From Amoebophrya sp. A120 (lineage: Eukaryota; Protista; Dinoflagellata), in the NCBI GenBank assembly GCA_905178155.1, contig CAJINV010000004.1, forward strand, positions 8,894,411 through 8,958,410: a stretch of 64,000 bases of DNA. Direction: 5' to 3'. This document shows, piece by piece, positions 34,310-46,662 of this stretch (positions are counted from its first letter, which is position 1; each line of letters begins with the position of its first letter). The position numbers and the translations under genes are program-made. Below the pieces are notes generated by a model. It saw only the letters and a list, made by a program, of their open reading frames with translations, was not told the origin of the DNA and did not search any database.

Positions 34310-37300
34310 ATGACGGATCCTGCAACCACCGCAAGTACCACCGCCGCACCGGCGCAGAATCAAGACACAACCACCACAAATAAGCCACGGATGGACCGCG
34401 GTTTCACGACGATGCGGATGAATTCGATCGTGTCTGTCCTTCGCCTGGCCGCGCCAAGATTCGGGTCCTCGCAGGCGAGCACGTACCAGGTGACTCCACC
34501 GAATGGAGGTCATCAACATGGAAATAAGAAGACGAAAGTGAGGAAAGGAGGCACACATCACGGGCAGCCGCATGGATCATCCAAGAAGGGACATCAAGAA
34601 GAATCCTCAGCCAACCCGATCGCTTGTGCGTACAATCTCGTCGCCAAATTTTTCTCACTCTTTTATCTTCCTTCCGGCGGCCACGCGGAGGTGGTGGATG
34701 AGGAAGACGGGATGAATCAACCCTGGTATCAATGCGACGAGCAAAGTCTGGTGTACAAGCAGGCGGACACGTTGGAGTTGAGTTTCAGCCAGGCCAGCTA
34801 CCCGTCGCTGTTACTCGATTTGCTGCTCGCGATCGCGTTCGGGTTTCTGCTCGGGGGGGTTTGGTCTGGGTATTTGTTTGTATCAACCAGTGTGCACTAC
34901 ATCATCGACGACTTCATTTACGGGTACTTGGACACGAGAAACTCTTTCGTCTACTACCTCCACTGGGTGTTCTTATCGACCCTCTCCACCGGCATCGCAG
35001 TGTTCACGACCTACCGGTACTTGCCGCATTGTATCGGCGACGGCGTGACGCAACTCTACGTCTCGCTGGCGATAAAATGCAGCGTCCCGATGCACGTGGT
35101 GCTGTACCGGACGTTGCTTTGCCCTCTCTTCATCGCCCTGGGTTCCCCACTAGATCTCGAGTCCCCCTTCCGCCAAGTTTCTGCCGCGTTGGGCTGCGCC
35201 GCGGTGCGGTTTCAACGGAAGTTTTTCGGAAAGCCGTTTTCCCGGGACGGGTACCCCGTGTGGGCGATCACGGGCAACGCGAGTTCCGTCGGGTGCGTGC
35301 TCGGGTCACCTCTGGCCGGCTGTGTGTTCGCGATCGAGCAGATGCTGAACTTGCGGTCCGTCGCTTCTTATGGAATGCAAATATGTCTGGGTCTGGAAGG
35401 ATGCGAACTTGTGATGCGCATTTCACAACACACGCAAGTCTCTCATGCAGAGGCAGCAAAAGATGCCCACTTCCTGTCACCAAAATGGGGGATTTGTCAT
35501 GCGGATTAGGCAATGCGGAAGCTTCTCGAAATCTGTGATGCTAGGGCTTCCATGACAGACATTCTGTGTCATGCAAAAACAGCATGACAAAAATCTGCAC
35601 TCTTCCAGACCCAGACATTTTTGCATTTGATATTTCTGCGTTTCTGCTGGTCGGGTGCTGCGCGATCTGCGGAAGTTACGCCACCGAGAAGGTGACGGAT
35701 TATCTGCACCGGGAAGTGCGCGAACATTTCAGTCGGGACTGGAACTACCACACGATCCAAGTCGATGGGGAGTACACGTTAGTGGCGTTATTCCTCGCCC
35801 TGGGCATGGGGTTCATGACGGCTTTCGTGGGTGGGTTTTTCACCATCGGAGTGGAGAAACTCCAATCCTTTTTCGCCGAAGCGGAGATTCTGCAGGACCA
35901 ACCGCTCCGACGGCAGTTGATCGGCTTCCCAGTAGGGTTTCTCACAGGTTTACTCGGCGCGATTTGCTACCACGTCGCCGACGTGCGAAGCGGGTGGATG
36001 CCGGGGTATGATACGATGGAGCAGATCGCGACGCGGTACAGTTGCAACGAGCTGAAGGCATTAAGCAACACCGATTTGAACAAAGTCGCCTACAACATCC
36101 GAACAACGGGGCAAGCGGTAACTGATGAAGACAACTGTATGGAATTAGCGGATTACGTCACTATTTTCCTCACGAAGTTCCTTGCCTGCATGCTGCTCTG
36201 CGCCATCGAAGCGCCCGGCGGGATGCTAATACCGAGTTTGGTGTTGGGGTCGAGCTTCGGGGGCGTGACAAAATCGATTTTGGCGGAGATATTTCCGAGT
36301 GATGTGGGGATGTTTCGGATCTGCGGGTTTCTGGGCATGACGGGCATTTTCGCGTCGATCATACGAGCGCCAGTGACCGGGCTGATGCTGATTTACTTTC
36401 TCTACGGTTCGGCAAGGGCCGGGTTTGTGGTCACGATTACCAGTCCACTGTTGCTTTGCGGTATAGTTTGTTGGTTTTTTTACTTCATTTTGTACGGAAA
36501 AATTTTAGATCGAGCTTGAGTTTCTGATGCAAATAGTTCCATGCGTGGGTGAGTTCCTGGGTGGTGTGTCTTATAGGCAAAACGAAAACAAGTGCAAAAA
36601 TATGAAATCATTGAAGTCCTCGACGAATTCTACCAAAAAAACAGCCATGACCTCCGCCGTGATCTCCTTTTTCATCCGCCCGGACGAGTGGCATTTCGAG
36701 CTGTTGTTGAAAGCCGGCGTGCGGATGGAAACGCTCTGGAAGAAGGGCGCGCACGCGCTCATCGAGGTAAAGCACATTCTCGAGGACAGCTGGCGCTGGA
36801 GCTACATTCTGCAAGAATCCAAGCAGTGGGAAATGGAGTTGCAACACGAAGCGCTGCTGAAGTTGTTTGAACTCGTGAAGGACCCGGAAAGAACCCGGGA
36901 TTTACAAGACCACTTGGTCAACGGCGGCGGCGAGGCGGTGATCGGAAATGCCACAACGTCTGGGAGGGTGCTGTCCAATTCCTTTTTCAACCAAGAAGTG
37001 TCGAACGCGCAGTCGAACGGGTCGGCGGCATTAACATTACCCCCACAATCGTCCAACGGGCTGCACCATCATGGATCTTCGTTACTGTCCAACGGAGGCA
37101 ACAGCAGCTCAGTGAACGGCACATCTACTTCCCCCTTCCGGAGAGGGGCGTCGGGTGAAGAGATGAAGGAAACGATGTCGCACATGATCTCGCAGCTGTC
37201 GCCCATCGGCGGGGGATCCAGCGCGCGTCTCCACGATAGCAACTTCTCGGTGACCCCACTCGGGTACGCTTTGGTCTACTGCAACGAGTCGGCGGTTCAT

Positions 37301-39526
37301 TTATTACTGTACAAGAAGGCGGACGCGTGCACTTTGTCCGGCGGGAAATCACCCTTGGAAATCGCAACCTCGAACCTACTCGTCGACAGCACCAGTCGGC
37401 TGATCGCGTATGGGGCGCAGGCGGAGTCGTTGATATCATTGCTTACCGTAGCGTCGCATTTGGCGGCTGACGTTTCGTTTTTGGATTCGCAGAGCCGGGT
37501 GAAGGCGGTGTTAGAGGAGAAAATGCCGGACAGTTTCGAAGAAACAACTACAACAGCCGAGGAAGAGGATGAAGTAGAGCAGCCCGCGGACCAAGTCATC
37601 ATGAACATTTTACTCACCAGTTGCAGCCCGGAATTTTTAGAAGAAACTAGACAAACCCTCGACGACCCGAAGAAGCTCGCGGAAGTTTTGGAGGATCCGT
37701 CTTACGCGAACGGAAGTTCTTTACTTTCGCCAAAAGGGCAAGGTGCAGCTGCAGCAGGAGCAGCAGCTAACCCAGCTGCTCTATCAGCTTCGAACAATAG
37801 CAGCACGGATAACAGTAGTCAAGCAACGCCCTTGGAATTGCGACGGGAGGCGGCGATAAGTCTGCTGAAGACTCTGATTGACGCGATTTTGGTCGCAGTG
37901 GAGGAGAAGAAGAACGTTAGACCGGTGAAAATAATAACAGGATTGCGTTCATCTGTGGACGTCGACAGCAGTAATGCTCCTACGCCTGCGATAATAAAGG
38001 CGTCGAACTCCGATTTCAATTTCATCAAAAACCCATCCTCACCATTAGCGAAGCGAACGGACAGCAAGGGGAACACGTATGACATCAGACTCTTCACGAA
38101 GGCCATCGTGACGAAAGACCGGCAAGCCAACACGAAGTCGATAAAATCCGAATATCAGTGCGAGGACGAGGATGTGCTCGCAACGAGCAGCGTCGATATC
38201 GAGAAGATTTTGCAGGCAAACCTACCGGCTGGAAAATCCTTCGATTCCGTCTGGTCGCAATTGGCGGCGGCGAGGGAGGTGGGAGTGGCGGTATTAAAAA
38301 CAGACGAAAATGGGGTCGAAGTGGTAAACGCAGTAGAGGAGAGCAAGGAGGAACAAGAACAACCTGGTGTAGAGCAAGAAACCTCCCAAGTGCAACAACT
38401 ACAAGCTACCACGACGGCCGCTGAAGGAGACGGCAAGATTTTTACCCAGCTGGAGAAGCTGCAAAAACAGATGGAGAACGGTCTGTGCGGTTTACGGTAC
38501 TACCAGTCAATAGTACACGTGGTCGCACCTACTATGGACGATAACACGAGCAACGCCAGAACAAGGGACGGCAGCGACAGCAAGGAAGCGGTTGGAACAA
38601 CAACTACGAGGATATTAGGTGAAGAAGGGCCACCAGAGGATGCGAATAAAAATCCTGCGGAAGGTGAAGGACGAACAACAGCACCTGACCACACCTCTCA
38701 ACCCCCCGAGGACCAACTGCTTACAAGACAGCGCAGCGGGAACTCCAACTCTCGCACTGCGTCGAAACAACAAGCGGTACTAGAGAAAAAATTATGTCGC
38801 GTCGTGAGATCGGCGAGGCTCGTGATGCGCGGGAGAGCCGTCCGAGACGGCACGAAGATGCTGGTGCAGGAAAGACGCGCGTGGGATCCCCCCGCGGCGG
38901 GCTCCAGCGCGCGGAGACCAGGGGCACGGGCCAGATTACCGGAGATATCCATAGTCCATCCCAACATGACGGACGCGGATGTGTTCCATCTACTGCTCCA
39001 ACGGATCGGCCTCGGCCACTTCTCCGCGGAAAGGCTGCACGAGTGCTTTCCGGGTCCGTGGCGAATGGAATCGATCCGAGAGTTTTACCCGGTGGATGAT
39101 TCCTTCCCGGGCCTCGGCGGTTTCATCCGCCAATGCGACCAGTGGGTTATAGACATCGGCTACATGCGACAAGCAACGGCGCTGCCAGTGTTGAGAAATC
39201 ATTTCGCAGAAACCTTGAGCACAGCGAGGGAGTTGTTGCTGGCGCAGAAGGAGAACGCGGCTGCGGCGGCAGCCGCTAGTGGAGCTGCACCAGCTGCGAG
39301 CACACCAGCGTCATCAGCAGCTGCCGGCGCTGCAACACCTGCAAGTAGTGCCACTGGGGTTTCCCCAACCGGTATCAAAACAACGACATTCAGCGTCTTC
39401 CGCGACCGGGACGACATTTCGAATTTCGCTCTGGGCCTACCGGTGTTGGAACCATTCCTAGCGGATGGATTTGTGTTCCAATGGCGCCACGAACCGACCG
39501 GAGCGGCGGCGAGGAAAGGGTCGTGA
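34310..39526 (+). CDS. CLC-family chloride channel/antiporter with long C-terminal tail containing an ankyrin-like repeat
   Basis: GDGVT, LESP, SPLAGCVFAIE, PGGMLIPSLVLG and GIFASIIRAPVTG motifs with many TM helices; introner 35369; GT-AG intron 36461-36644. Confidence 0.88.
35369..35632. mobile_element. Introner family A (264 bp)
   Basis: TSD cttct/tttct; close relative of 2151-2414. Confidence 0.93.
36461..36644 (+). other. Canonical GT-AG intron
   Basis: gtatag...aaaaacag; join LLLC|AMTSAV is in frame. Confidence 0.8.
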
Positions 39527-40803
39527 GTTGTCCCTTCTTTTATGACAATTAATATGCTCACACACTAATTAAGCCAAATTAGAACGAGATCGACTTCCCC
39601 ATCACCAATTTCCAACCCAACCTTTTTTTTCGAGAAGATCATTTTCAGAAGGAGCGACTCTAGAGTTCGTATTTCAGAACATTGGTAGCCTATGTTACCT
39701 CATATTTTCCAACGTATCTTCAGAGTCTCTTACTTCATTTAGATTTAACCCGAACTGTATTTGAGAGGTTTTTATCACAGTTCTGTATTCCCCCGACGGA
39801 TTGTTGAAATGGATTCGTAACTACAAGTTTCTGCACTGATAGAAAGTTCTCTGGATTTTCATGGAAGGAGGTACGGAGCGGCAGCAGGTGGTTCCTGCAC
39901 CTGCAGTATCTTCCCTGCTGGACTCTGTATGCTTTGTTCGGGTCATGGATCGGACCGACGGCGTACGCAAGGAGCCTACAATATCGGTTAAACGGTGTAG
40001 TTGTCTCTCTGCGATATCAAGCGCAAAAGACGCAACAAAGATTCATTTTCTCATCGGTCGTACCATACGCCAAATGAACTAGTCTCGGTTTTCAACTTCA
40101 TCGTGCACAACAATGCTGCACTGACGCGTGCAATAAATAGTTATTGACATCGTACAAGAACAACCGCACCAAAAAAGTCGGTCCATGATAAGTATCTCGT
40201 CCAGAAAGTGGTATCTATCGTCGTCCCTTGTAGCTGCTTGTAAGACCTTCACCTAACGTATTTGCTTTACCCTATCTACGAACGCCCATTTATTTTCCAT
40301 TTCAATCAAAAACCCAACAGGTGAAGACCCCCATCGGTTTTCACTCCCAATTTTGGCCCACCTGTTGTATATGTTTCTACTATGAGGAAAACCTCCTTTT
40401 ATATTTTCAATTGATTTTTCTCCCTGTTGCAACCGAATTCTCTTTTCCCTTCGCACTACTAGTTGTACCCCTTAATATTTTCGCACGGATTCAGAATTAG
40501 AATTTGGTTGGACAAGACGACGATGTTTTACCCTCTGGCTCCTACGAAAAACTTGTAAATTTATAATTTCAAGGCAGTTGTTGTCATTGTTACAACGTCT
40601 GTCTGTTTCGTCATTTACAAGTAGAATTGGAATTTAGTACAACTTTGTATAAACAGAGAGCAAATTATACAGCTGTACTCCAACCCGCAGCCCCTATCTT
40701 TCTCAAAACGCGCAGCCTATGTGGTCGCAGCTCAAACTCGTTAAAATAAAATCTTCCAAGTAGAATTAAGTAAACTCCCCTCTCGTCGTCGTCGTCCTTG
40801 CCC

Positions 40804-43800
40804 ATGTCGTTGACCGGGCTAAAGCAGGGGCTCGCCAAGGCGCAGGGTGGCGCACCGGGAGGGCTGGTGCAGAAGGATAGGCAAAGGCTCACCGTCGGTG
40901 CCATCGACCCCAAAGATGCGGCCAACGCCAACAACGGGGCGAAAGCAGGCGGGAGGCCGAGCAATAACAGGGGGTTGGTGCAGTTTCTCAAGGCAAACGA
41001 CACGATAGCCTGTGCCAGTGTGTCGTCGTCACTGTATTGATTTTGATTTTTTTTTTTTTGAAAGAACCAACCTGCACGAGGATTAATTCTTCCACACTAC
41101 TAATTTGAATGTGATGAAATCAATGCAAGACACGTGGAAGATAGAATTTCAGCTCTTGTGAGAATATTACAATTTTCCATGTTCTTTTGAAGATGAAACT
41201 GAACCGAAACAAAAACAAAACAAAGGCGGTCCTCCACCGGCTCTTCCGTTTGTCTTTCTTCCGAGACGGTGCGCCGTCAAAATTCCTTCGACGAGAAGCG
41301 GTTGACAAAAGAGGGCGACCTATTCTGAGTAAAAACGCACCCACACCAGAGTTGTAATGCAAATCTGCATGCCAAAAATGTTCCTCATGCGGAGCCCCAT
41401 GCGAAGCATTTCCCCATCGTGTTTTGGAGTTTGTGATGCGCAAAGCAGCATGATATGCTAGATCCATGATGCTTCTGGAGCTAGCTAAACAGGATTACAC
41501 TAGCGGGCCAAATTTGTCATGCGAAACAACCAAAGCTGGTCGATTTGTCTAGCAGATTTCCCATGTTGACTCTGGTGTGGGGATGTTTTTACATAGGATA
41601 CGACCCCACTTTTGACATTGGCAAGCTCGCCGCGATGGGCGTGGCCATCGGGTGCAAGAAGGGAATATCAAATGTAAAAATGTCTGGGTCTGGAAGAATG
41701 CAACTTGTGATGCTGCATTTGGATTCCAGAAAAATCTGTATTGCCTGAGTACCAAAAGGAATGTAATTTTTGCTACGCGGAGAAGGCATTTGTCATGCGG
41801 AATAGGCATCAAGAATCTCTCAAGAAATCTGTGATGCTAGGGCATGCATCACAGACATCAGGGCTCATGCAGAACGTGCATGACAAGTGTCAGAATCTTC
41901 CAGACCCAGACATTTTTACAGTTGATAGGGAAAGAAGCCGGAATCGCCGAATCAGGACTCGTATGCCTTTGTGCACTGTCCAGACGACTTTACGCTTTAC
42001 ACGGTTTTTGACGGTATATTAAGGGTTGACCGTTGATGTTTTAATATTTTGTGATAAAGTACATTCATCTGGAGGTGCTTATGCTTAATTTGCTAAGCTA
42101 GCAAAGTTGAAGCATGGAAGTTTTAATCTAGTGATTCATCTCCTTCAGCATGAGAAATACCTACTTCAAGTCGTTGCACCTCATACAGGTCACGGCGTGA
42201 ACGGGCACGACGTGTCGAATTTCTGCAAGGAGTACATGATAAAACTTTTCATCTCCGACCCCAACCGCGACACGAACACGGAAAAAGCCTTCGCGGACAC
42301 CTTCAGGAAAGCCCAGCAGATATCAACTGTAAAAATGTCTGGGTCTGGAAGAATGCAACTTGTCATGCTAAACCTGAATGATGCAAAAATCTGTGTTGCT
42401 AGAGTGCCAAAAGCTGTCCGCTTTTGACCAAGTTGAGAGGGAGTTTCTCATGCAGGAGAGGCATGATAGAGACCTCAAAGAATCTGTCATGCTGGGTCTC
42501 GCATTCCAGACCTTATGGGTCATGGAAAACCTGCATCACAAATCTTGCATTCTTCCAGACCCAGACATTTTTGCACTTGATAGCAGATGCTAGAAAACGA
42601 AATGGCCTCGCAAATCGACAGCAGAACTTCGGTATGAACTGCAAAAGTATCGTACTAGTATAAATTGCATTTGGCGCGCGCGCGCGCGCGATTTTGGTTT
42701 GTGAGGTACGAAGCGCTGCGCGACTATTGTTTACGGTGGGACGGCTGACGGTCGTAGGTTTTCGGGACGCTGCTTCCGAGCACTGGGCGCGCGAAGACCG
42801 AAGCTGTGCGCGTAGCGCTGGTTTTAAACAGAAAGCGGGCGAACGCTAGGGCCGATCGCAGTCGTGGCTGCTCTTTTCTGTAGTGACAGATTTGGGGCCT
42901 TTGGTGCCCATCACGGCGCGCGATGAGGTGCTGCAGCACCATCTAAAACGACGGCGCTGCGGCATTGCAGGTACAGATCCGAACCGGGGGTCAGATCCTA
43001 CCTGACCCCCCGGGTCGACTCAGTACCATAGAGATCAGGAGCGTACCTTTGGGTCAGGAACGCCCCCCCTACTTCTTCCCAGACCCGCATTTTTTTTTGG
43101 CGCCGAGCATATCAAATGCCCTGTTTGTTCTAGAATATTCAGGCCCCGGGGCGCTATTGAACTGGTAGGTACATTGTTGAACCGCGGGACCAGTTGAACT
43201 GATACACATTACAAATTTCCTCAGCATGAGAAATAAAATTTGTAATGCACATTCGCCTCGGGAACAAGATTTGTCATGCAAGACTTGCATTTATACGAGT
43301 GCGATACTTTTACACAGGATATTCGGGGGCCACGGCCACGATGATCTACCGTCCCGCCGGGAAGAGGGAACTCCACGTGGCGTACTGTGGGGATAGCAGG
43401 GCATCGGTATACATAGAAGCAATTTATTTGTGTTGCTGTGTCTCGCATGCCAAAGCGATCTCTTGTACGGCTTTCACGCATTACAATCTTTTCGGATGGT
43501 ATTCCGAGCTCTACCGTGTTTTGCATGACAAACTAGCTTCCAGCACGACAAGAAATTTGGCCCATCGCATTCATGCATTACAGATCTTGTTGTCCTCCGA
43601 GTTTCGCATCACAAATCCAAAACAGATCTGCTTCGCTACCGAGTCCACCACCGTCGTTCCGGGCACGTCCCAGAAGCCCAACGGCAGGAAGCAGCTGGGC
43701 GTGGAGCTCACCCGGGACCACAAACCGGAGCTTCCCGAGTATCAAGAAGAAACATCCCCCCTCCCCATATCAAAACGGAGATCTGTGATGCAGATTTGCA

Positions 43801-44791
43801 GTCACAAATCAGCTCTGTCATGCTAGAAGGGAAAAGATGCGGACTGTCGTGCTGGGTGGCGTGGGGAAGCCTTGCATCTTCAGGATGACAGGAAGCAGCT
43901 GGAAGTGGGAAACAGCATGACAAATTGCCTGCAAACGAGGCCACAACTGCGGCTCTTGGCCTTCTAGCATTACCAGGCGATTTGTGTACTCAAATACAGC
44001 ATCACAAATTTCGTTTTCGATATGGGGTGAGGGGATTTTCCCTTTTGATACCGAGGAGAAAAGGAGGATTGAATCCTCCGGCGGCGTCGTGCTCTTCGAC
44101 GGGTACTACAACCACCGGGTTTTCAAGCGCGGTACGGTGTACCCGGGGTTAAACATGTCCCGGGCGATGGGGGACGTGATTGGGAACCGCGAGGCGGGGA
44201 TCGTGGAGACGCCGGACTACAAAATCTTCGAGCTGACCTATTACAATGAAAAATGCCCCCTCCCCATATCAAAACGGAAATCTGTGATGCAGATTTGTGG
44301 TCACAAATCAGCTTTGTGATGCTAGAAGGCACAAGATGCGCACTGTAGTGCTGCCTAGCGTGGGAGTAAACCTATGCGTCTCCAGCATGACAGGAGACAA
44401 CTAGACGAGTGCGAAACAGCATGACAGATTACCTGCAATTTAGACCGCAGCTTCGTTTCTTGGCCTTCTAGCAATACAAGTCGACTTGTGTACTCAAATA
44501 CAGCATCACAAATTCGCGCATCTTCCGTTTCCGATATGGGGTGGGGGCTTTTTTCACTTTGATATGACCGACGAAGTGATCGCCTTTCTCGTGTGCTCCG
44601 ACGGCGTGTGGGAGTTCATCGACTGCCACGAGGCAGCCACGATTGTGCACAAGCACAAGGACAAAGAGACGGGGAAAATCAACTGCGAGAAGGCGGCCGA
44701 GGAGCTGTGCCGAGAAAGCTACCAGAGGTGGATGGACGACACTGGTGGGGAAATTTCGGACGACATCACCGCGATGATTCAAGTTCTATAA
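40804..44791 (+). CDS. PPM/PP2C-type protein phosphatase
   Basis: CKKGKKPESPNQD, VFDGHG, SGATAT, VAYCGDSRA, LTRDHKP, LNMSRAMGD, CSDGVWEF and DDIT motifs after removing 6 introners and 3 GT-AG introns (41034-41225, 42014-42188, 43407-43625). Confidence 0.93.
41321..41600. mobile_element. Introner family B (280 bp)
   Basis: TSD cgacc; same length as and similar to 2487-2766. Confidence 0.95.
41666..41927. mobile_element. Introner family A (262 bp)
   Basis: TSD gggaa; restores CKKG|KKPESPNQD. Confidence 0.95.
42014..42188 (+). other. Canonical GT-AG intron
   Basis: gtatat...atacag; restores the FD|GHG motif. Confidence 0.9.
42321..42582. mobile_element. Introner family A (262 bp)
   Basis: TSD gcaga; reverse-complement relative of 7877-8138. 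Confidence 0.95.
42633..43321. mobile_element. Introner family C with nested insertion (689 bp)
   Basis: TSD ttcgg; restores TS|GATAT; 150 bp once the nested insert and its TSD are removed. Confidence 0.92.
42672..43206. mobile_element. LTR-like insertion (TG...CA ends, 4-bp TSD)
   Basis: Flanked by catt/catt; begins tg and ends ca; contains a (gc)n run, a hairpin, and a PBS-like tggcgccgagca at 43098. Confidence 0.65.
43740..44050. mobile_element. Introner family E (311 bp)
   Basis: TSD ccgag; restores LPE|EKRRIE. Confidence 0.95.
44239..44564. mobile_element. Introner family E (326 bp)
   Basis: TSD tgacc; restores ELT|DEVIAFLVCSDG. Confidence 0.95.
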
Positions 44792-46662
44792 GCTACGTTT
44801 TTATGCTATGTGTTTCATCGTGGTATAATAAGTAGTTGGAGAAGTAGTAGAAGTAGAAGTAGTACCCCATGTAGTAGTATCCTACATCGCTGATCAGACA
44901 CAACAAGTCAAGTAGACCTTTTACTTGCACAGGGTTGTAGTTGCACTGTTTTTCATATATCGAGAGCGGATATCATCGAGAATTTTCGAGTTTGTAAGAT
45001 TTAGCTCGTGAATTCAAATGGAAACACGAACAACAACATCCATTGTGTGTGATTGTGTGGAAAGATCTCAGCACTCTAAGTAGACTAGTAGGTCAGCATA
45101 ACTGGCACGCATATTAGTTGTATCGGACACGGTACTCAAAATTTTTGCATAATTGCGCGACGCGAATCGGAGCTACACACGCCTTTCTCGACGACACGCA
45201 GCATAGTATTCATCTAACGCATTGTGAAGGTCTTTTTCAAACGACTTGTATAGAAGCAGCTTTTAACCACATCCTCTTGCATAAAATTTTATCAGCTCTG
45301 AATACGGTCGTGTATTTCAATTTTTCGATGGACATGATTTTCATGGTGTATTTTTCTTCCTCTTTTTCAGGCCAAAGATCTTTCAAACAAGTGGAGGGAG
45401 CTCAATCGAAAATGAAGGAGGTTGTAACTATTGCTTTATGTCGTGGTCAAGCTACTGGTGCCATTACCATTACTCGCCAGTGGTCTTCTGTTCGAAGTAT
45501 CGACATACTGTGTTCGTAGTCAGCATCGAATGATGCAGGTCGAGGTCGAATGATCTTTTCTGAAAACTTAGACTTCTGATCTTTTCTTGGAGACAGAGAT
45601 GGTTCTGTATGCAAGATTTATACAACTGTTGTGCTCTATTTTCCCGTTGCAAATGCAAAGTAATTACCTACCGTCCGAAAAGCCTATCTCGGTATGAGTC
45701 AGTTATTTTCAGGTTTTGTGAAAGCAAAAAAACAAAAAGTTGAAATTCGTTGAGATTTGTTCTGCTGTGTAGGTACTCGGTCATACCTTGGCGGCACTGA
45801 GTCTGTGAAGAAAGACAAACCAACGTCGAAGAATTCCACCGACAGAGCTTTCGTTCTTTCCGTTCCAGTCTCATGCATCGTTCAGCCTCGGCATCGGCTC
45901 GAACCCGATATGAGTAAATGACTCTTTTTATTTTTATTTCCTTTTCCGATTTTTTCGTTTTCTTTCGTACACAGTCCTTTCCTTTCGTCAGCGCATGACA
46001 AGAGGATTTCGTTATCTTGGCCACCTTCGATTTTTTTCAAGCAGCACGTAGCTGAAGCATCAGAATAAAGTAAATCACCAGCATACCCTCTTAATATGAG
46101 ACTGCCCTTCGACGTGATGATCGTGGTCTGCGCGACCGGTAAACTGCACTGCCTGTCGTTCTGGGAGATCGCAGCAGTTCGTGTCGTGATGGTTAGCACG
46201 TTTCTTGTCGTGCAACATTTATTTCATCGTACGTACGGACGCTTGTAAGTAGCAGTAGCTTGTACAACGTGCAAATCAAGTAGTGCTCAGTTCCCTTGGT
46301 GTATGTGGTATTTATCGGGCTGAAGCGGAAAGGTGTACACGTTTTTCACTGTTACGACTGCTCCACTTGAATGGTATACGTCCTCGTCAAGAACAGAACC
46401 AGATCTGACAAAGGTGGTTGTCGTTGTTCGTACACCACTCAGGTCAAGCGTATAGTCACGCACCACAAGAACTAATCGTGTCAATCTAAAGCTACAAACA
46501 AAATTGGAAATAACAATAACGCCAACGCAGTTCCCAGGATTTTAGTTGTGGTTCACAACGACAACGTGCTCACAGCATCTTTTTTTCCTAAGCTGCTACA
46601 TAGCAAAGCGCACACTTCTGCTCGTGCTCTAGTCCGTCATAATCTTTACGACACAAGAGAAA

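Noticed and set aside
495-44332. Many short ORFs with recurring peptides (FQTQTFLHL, LPDPDIF, CKNVWVWK, KMSGSG)
   Set aside because: These are translations of introner TIRs in different frames, not a protein family
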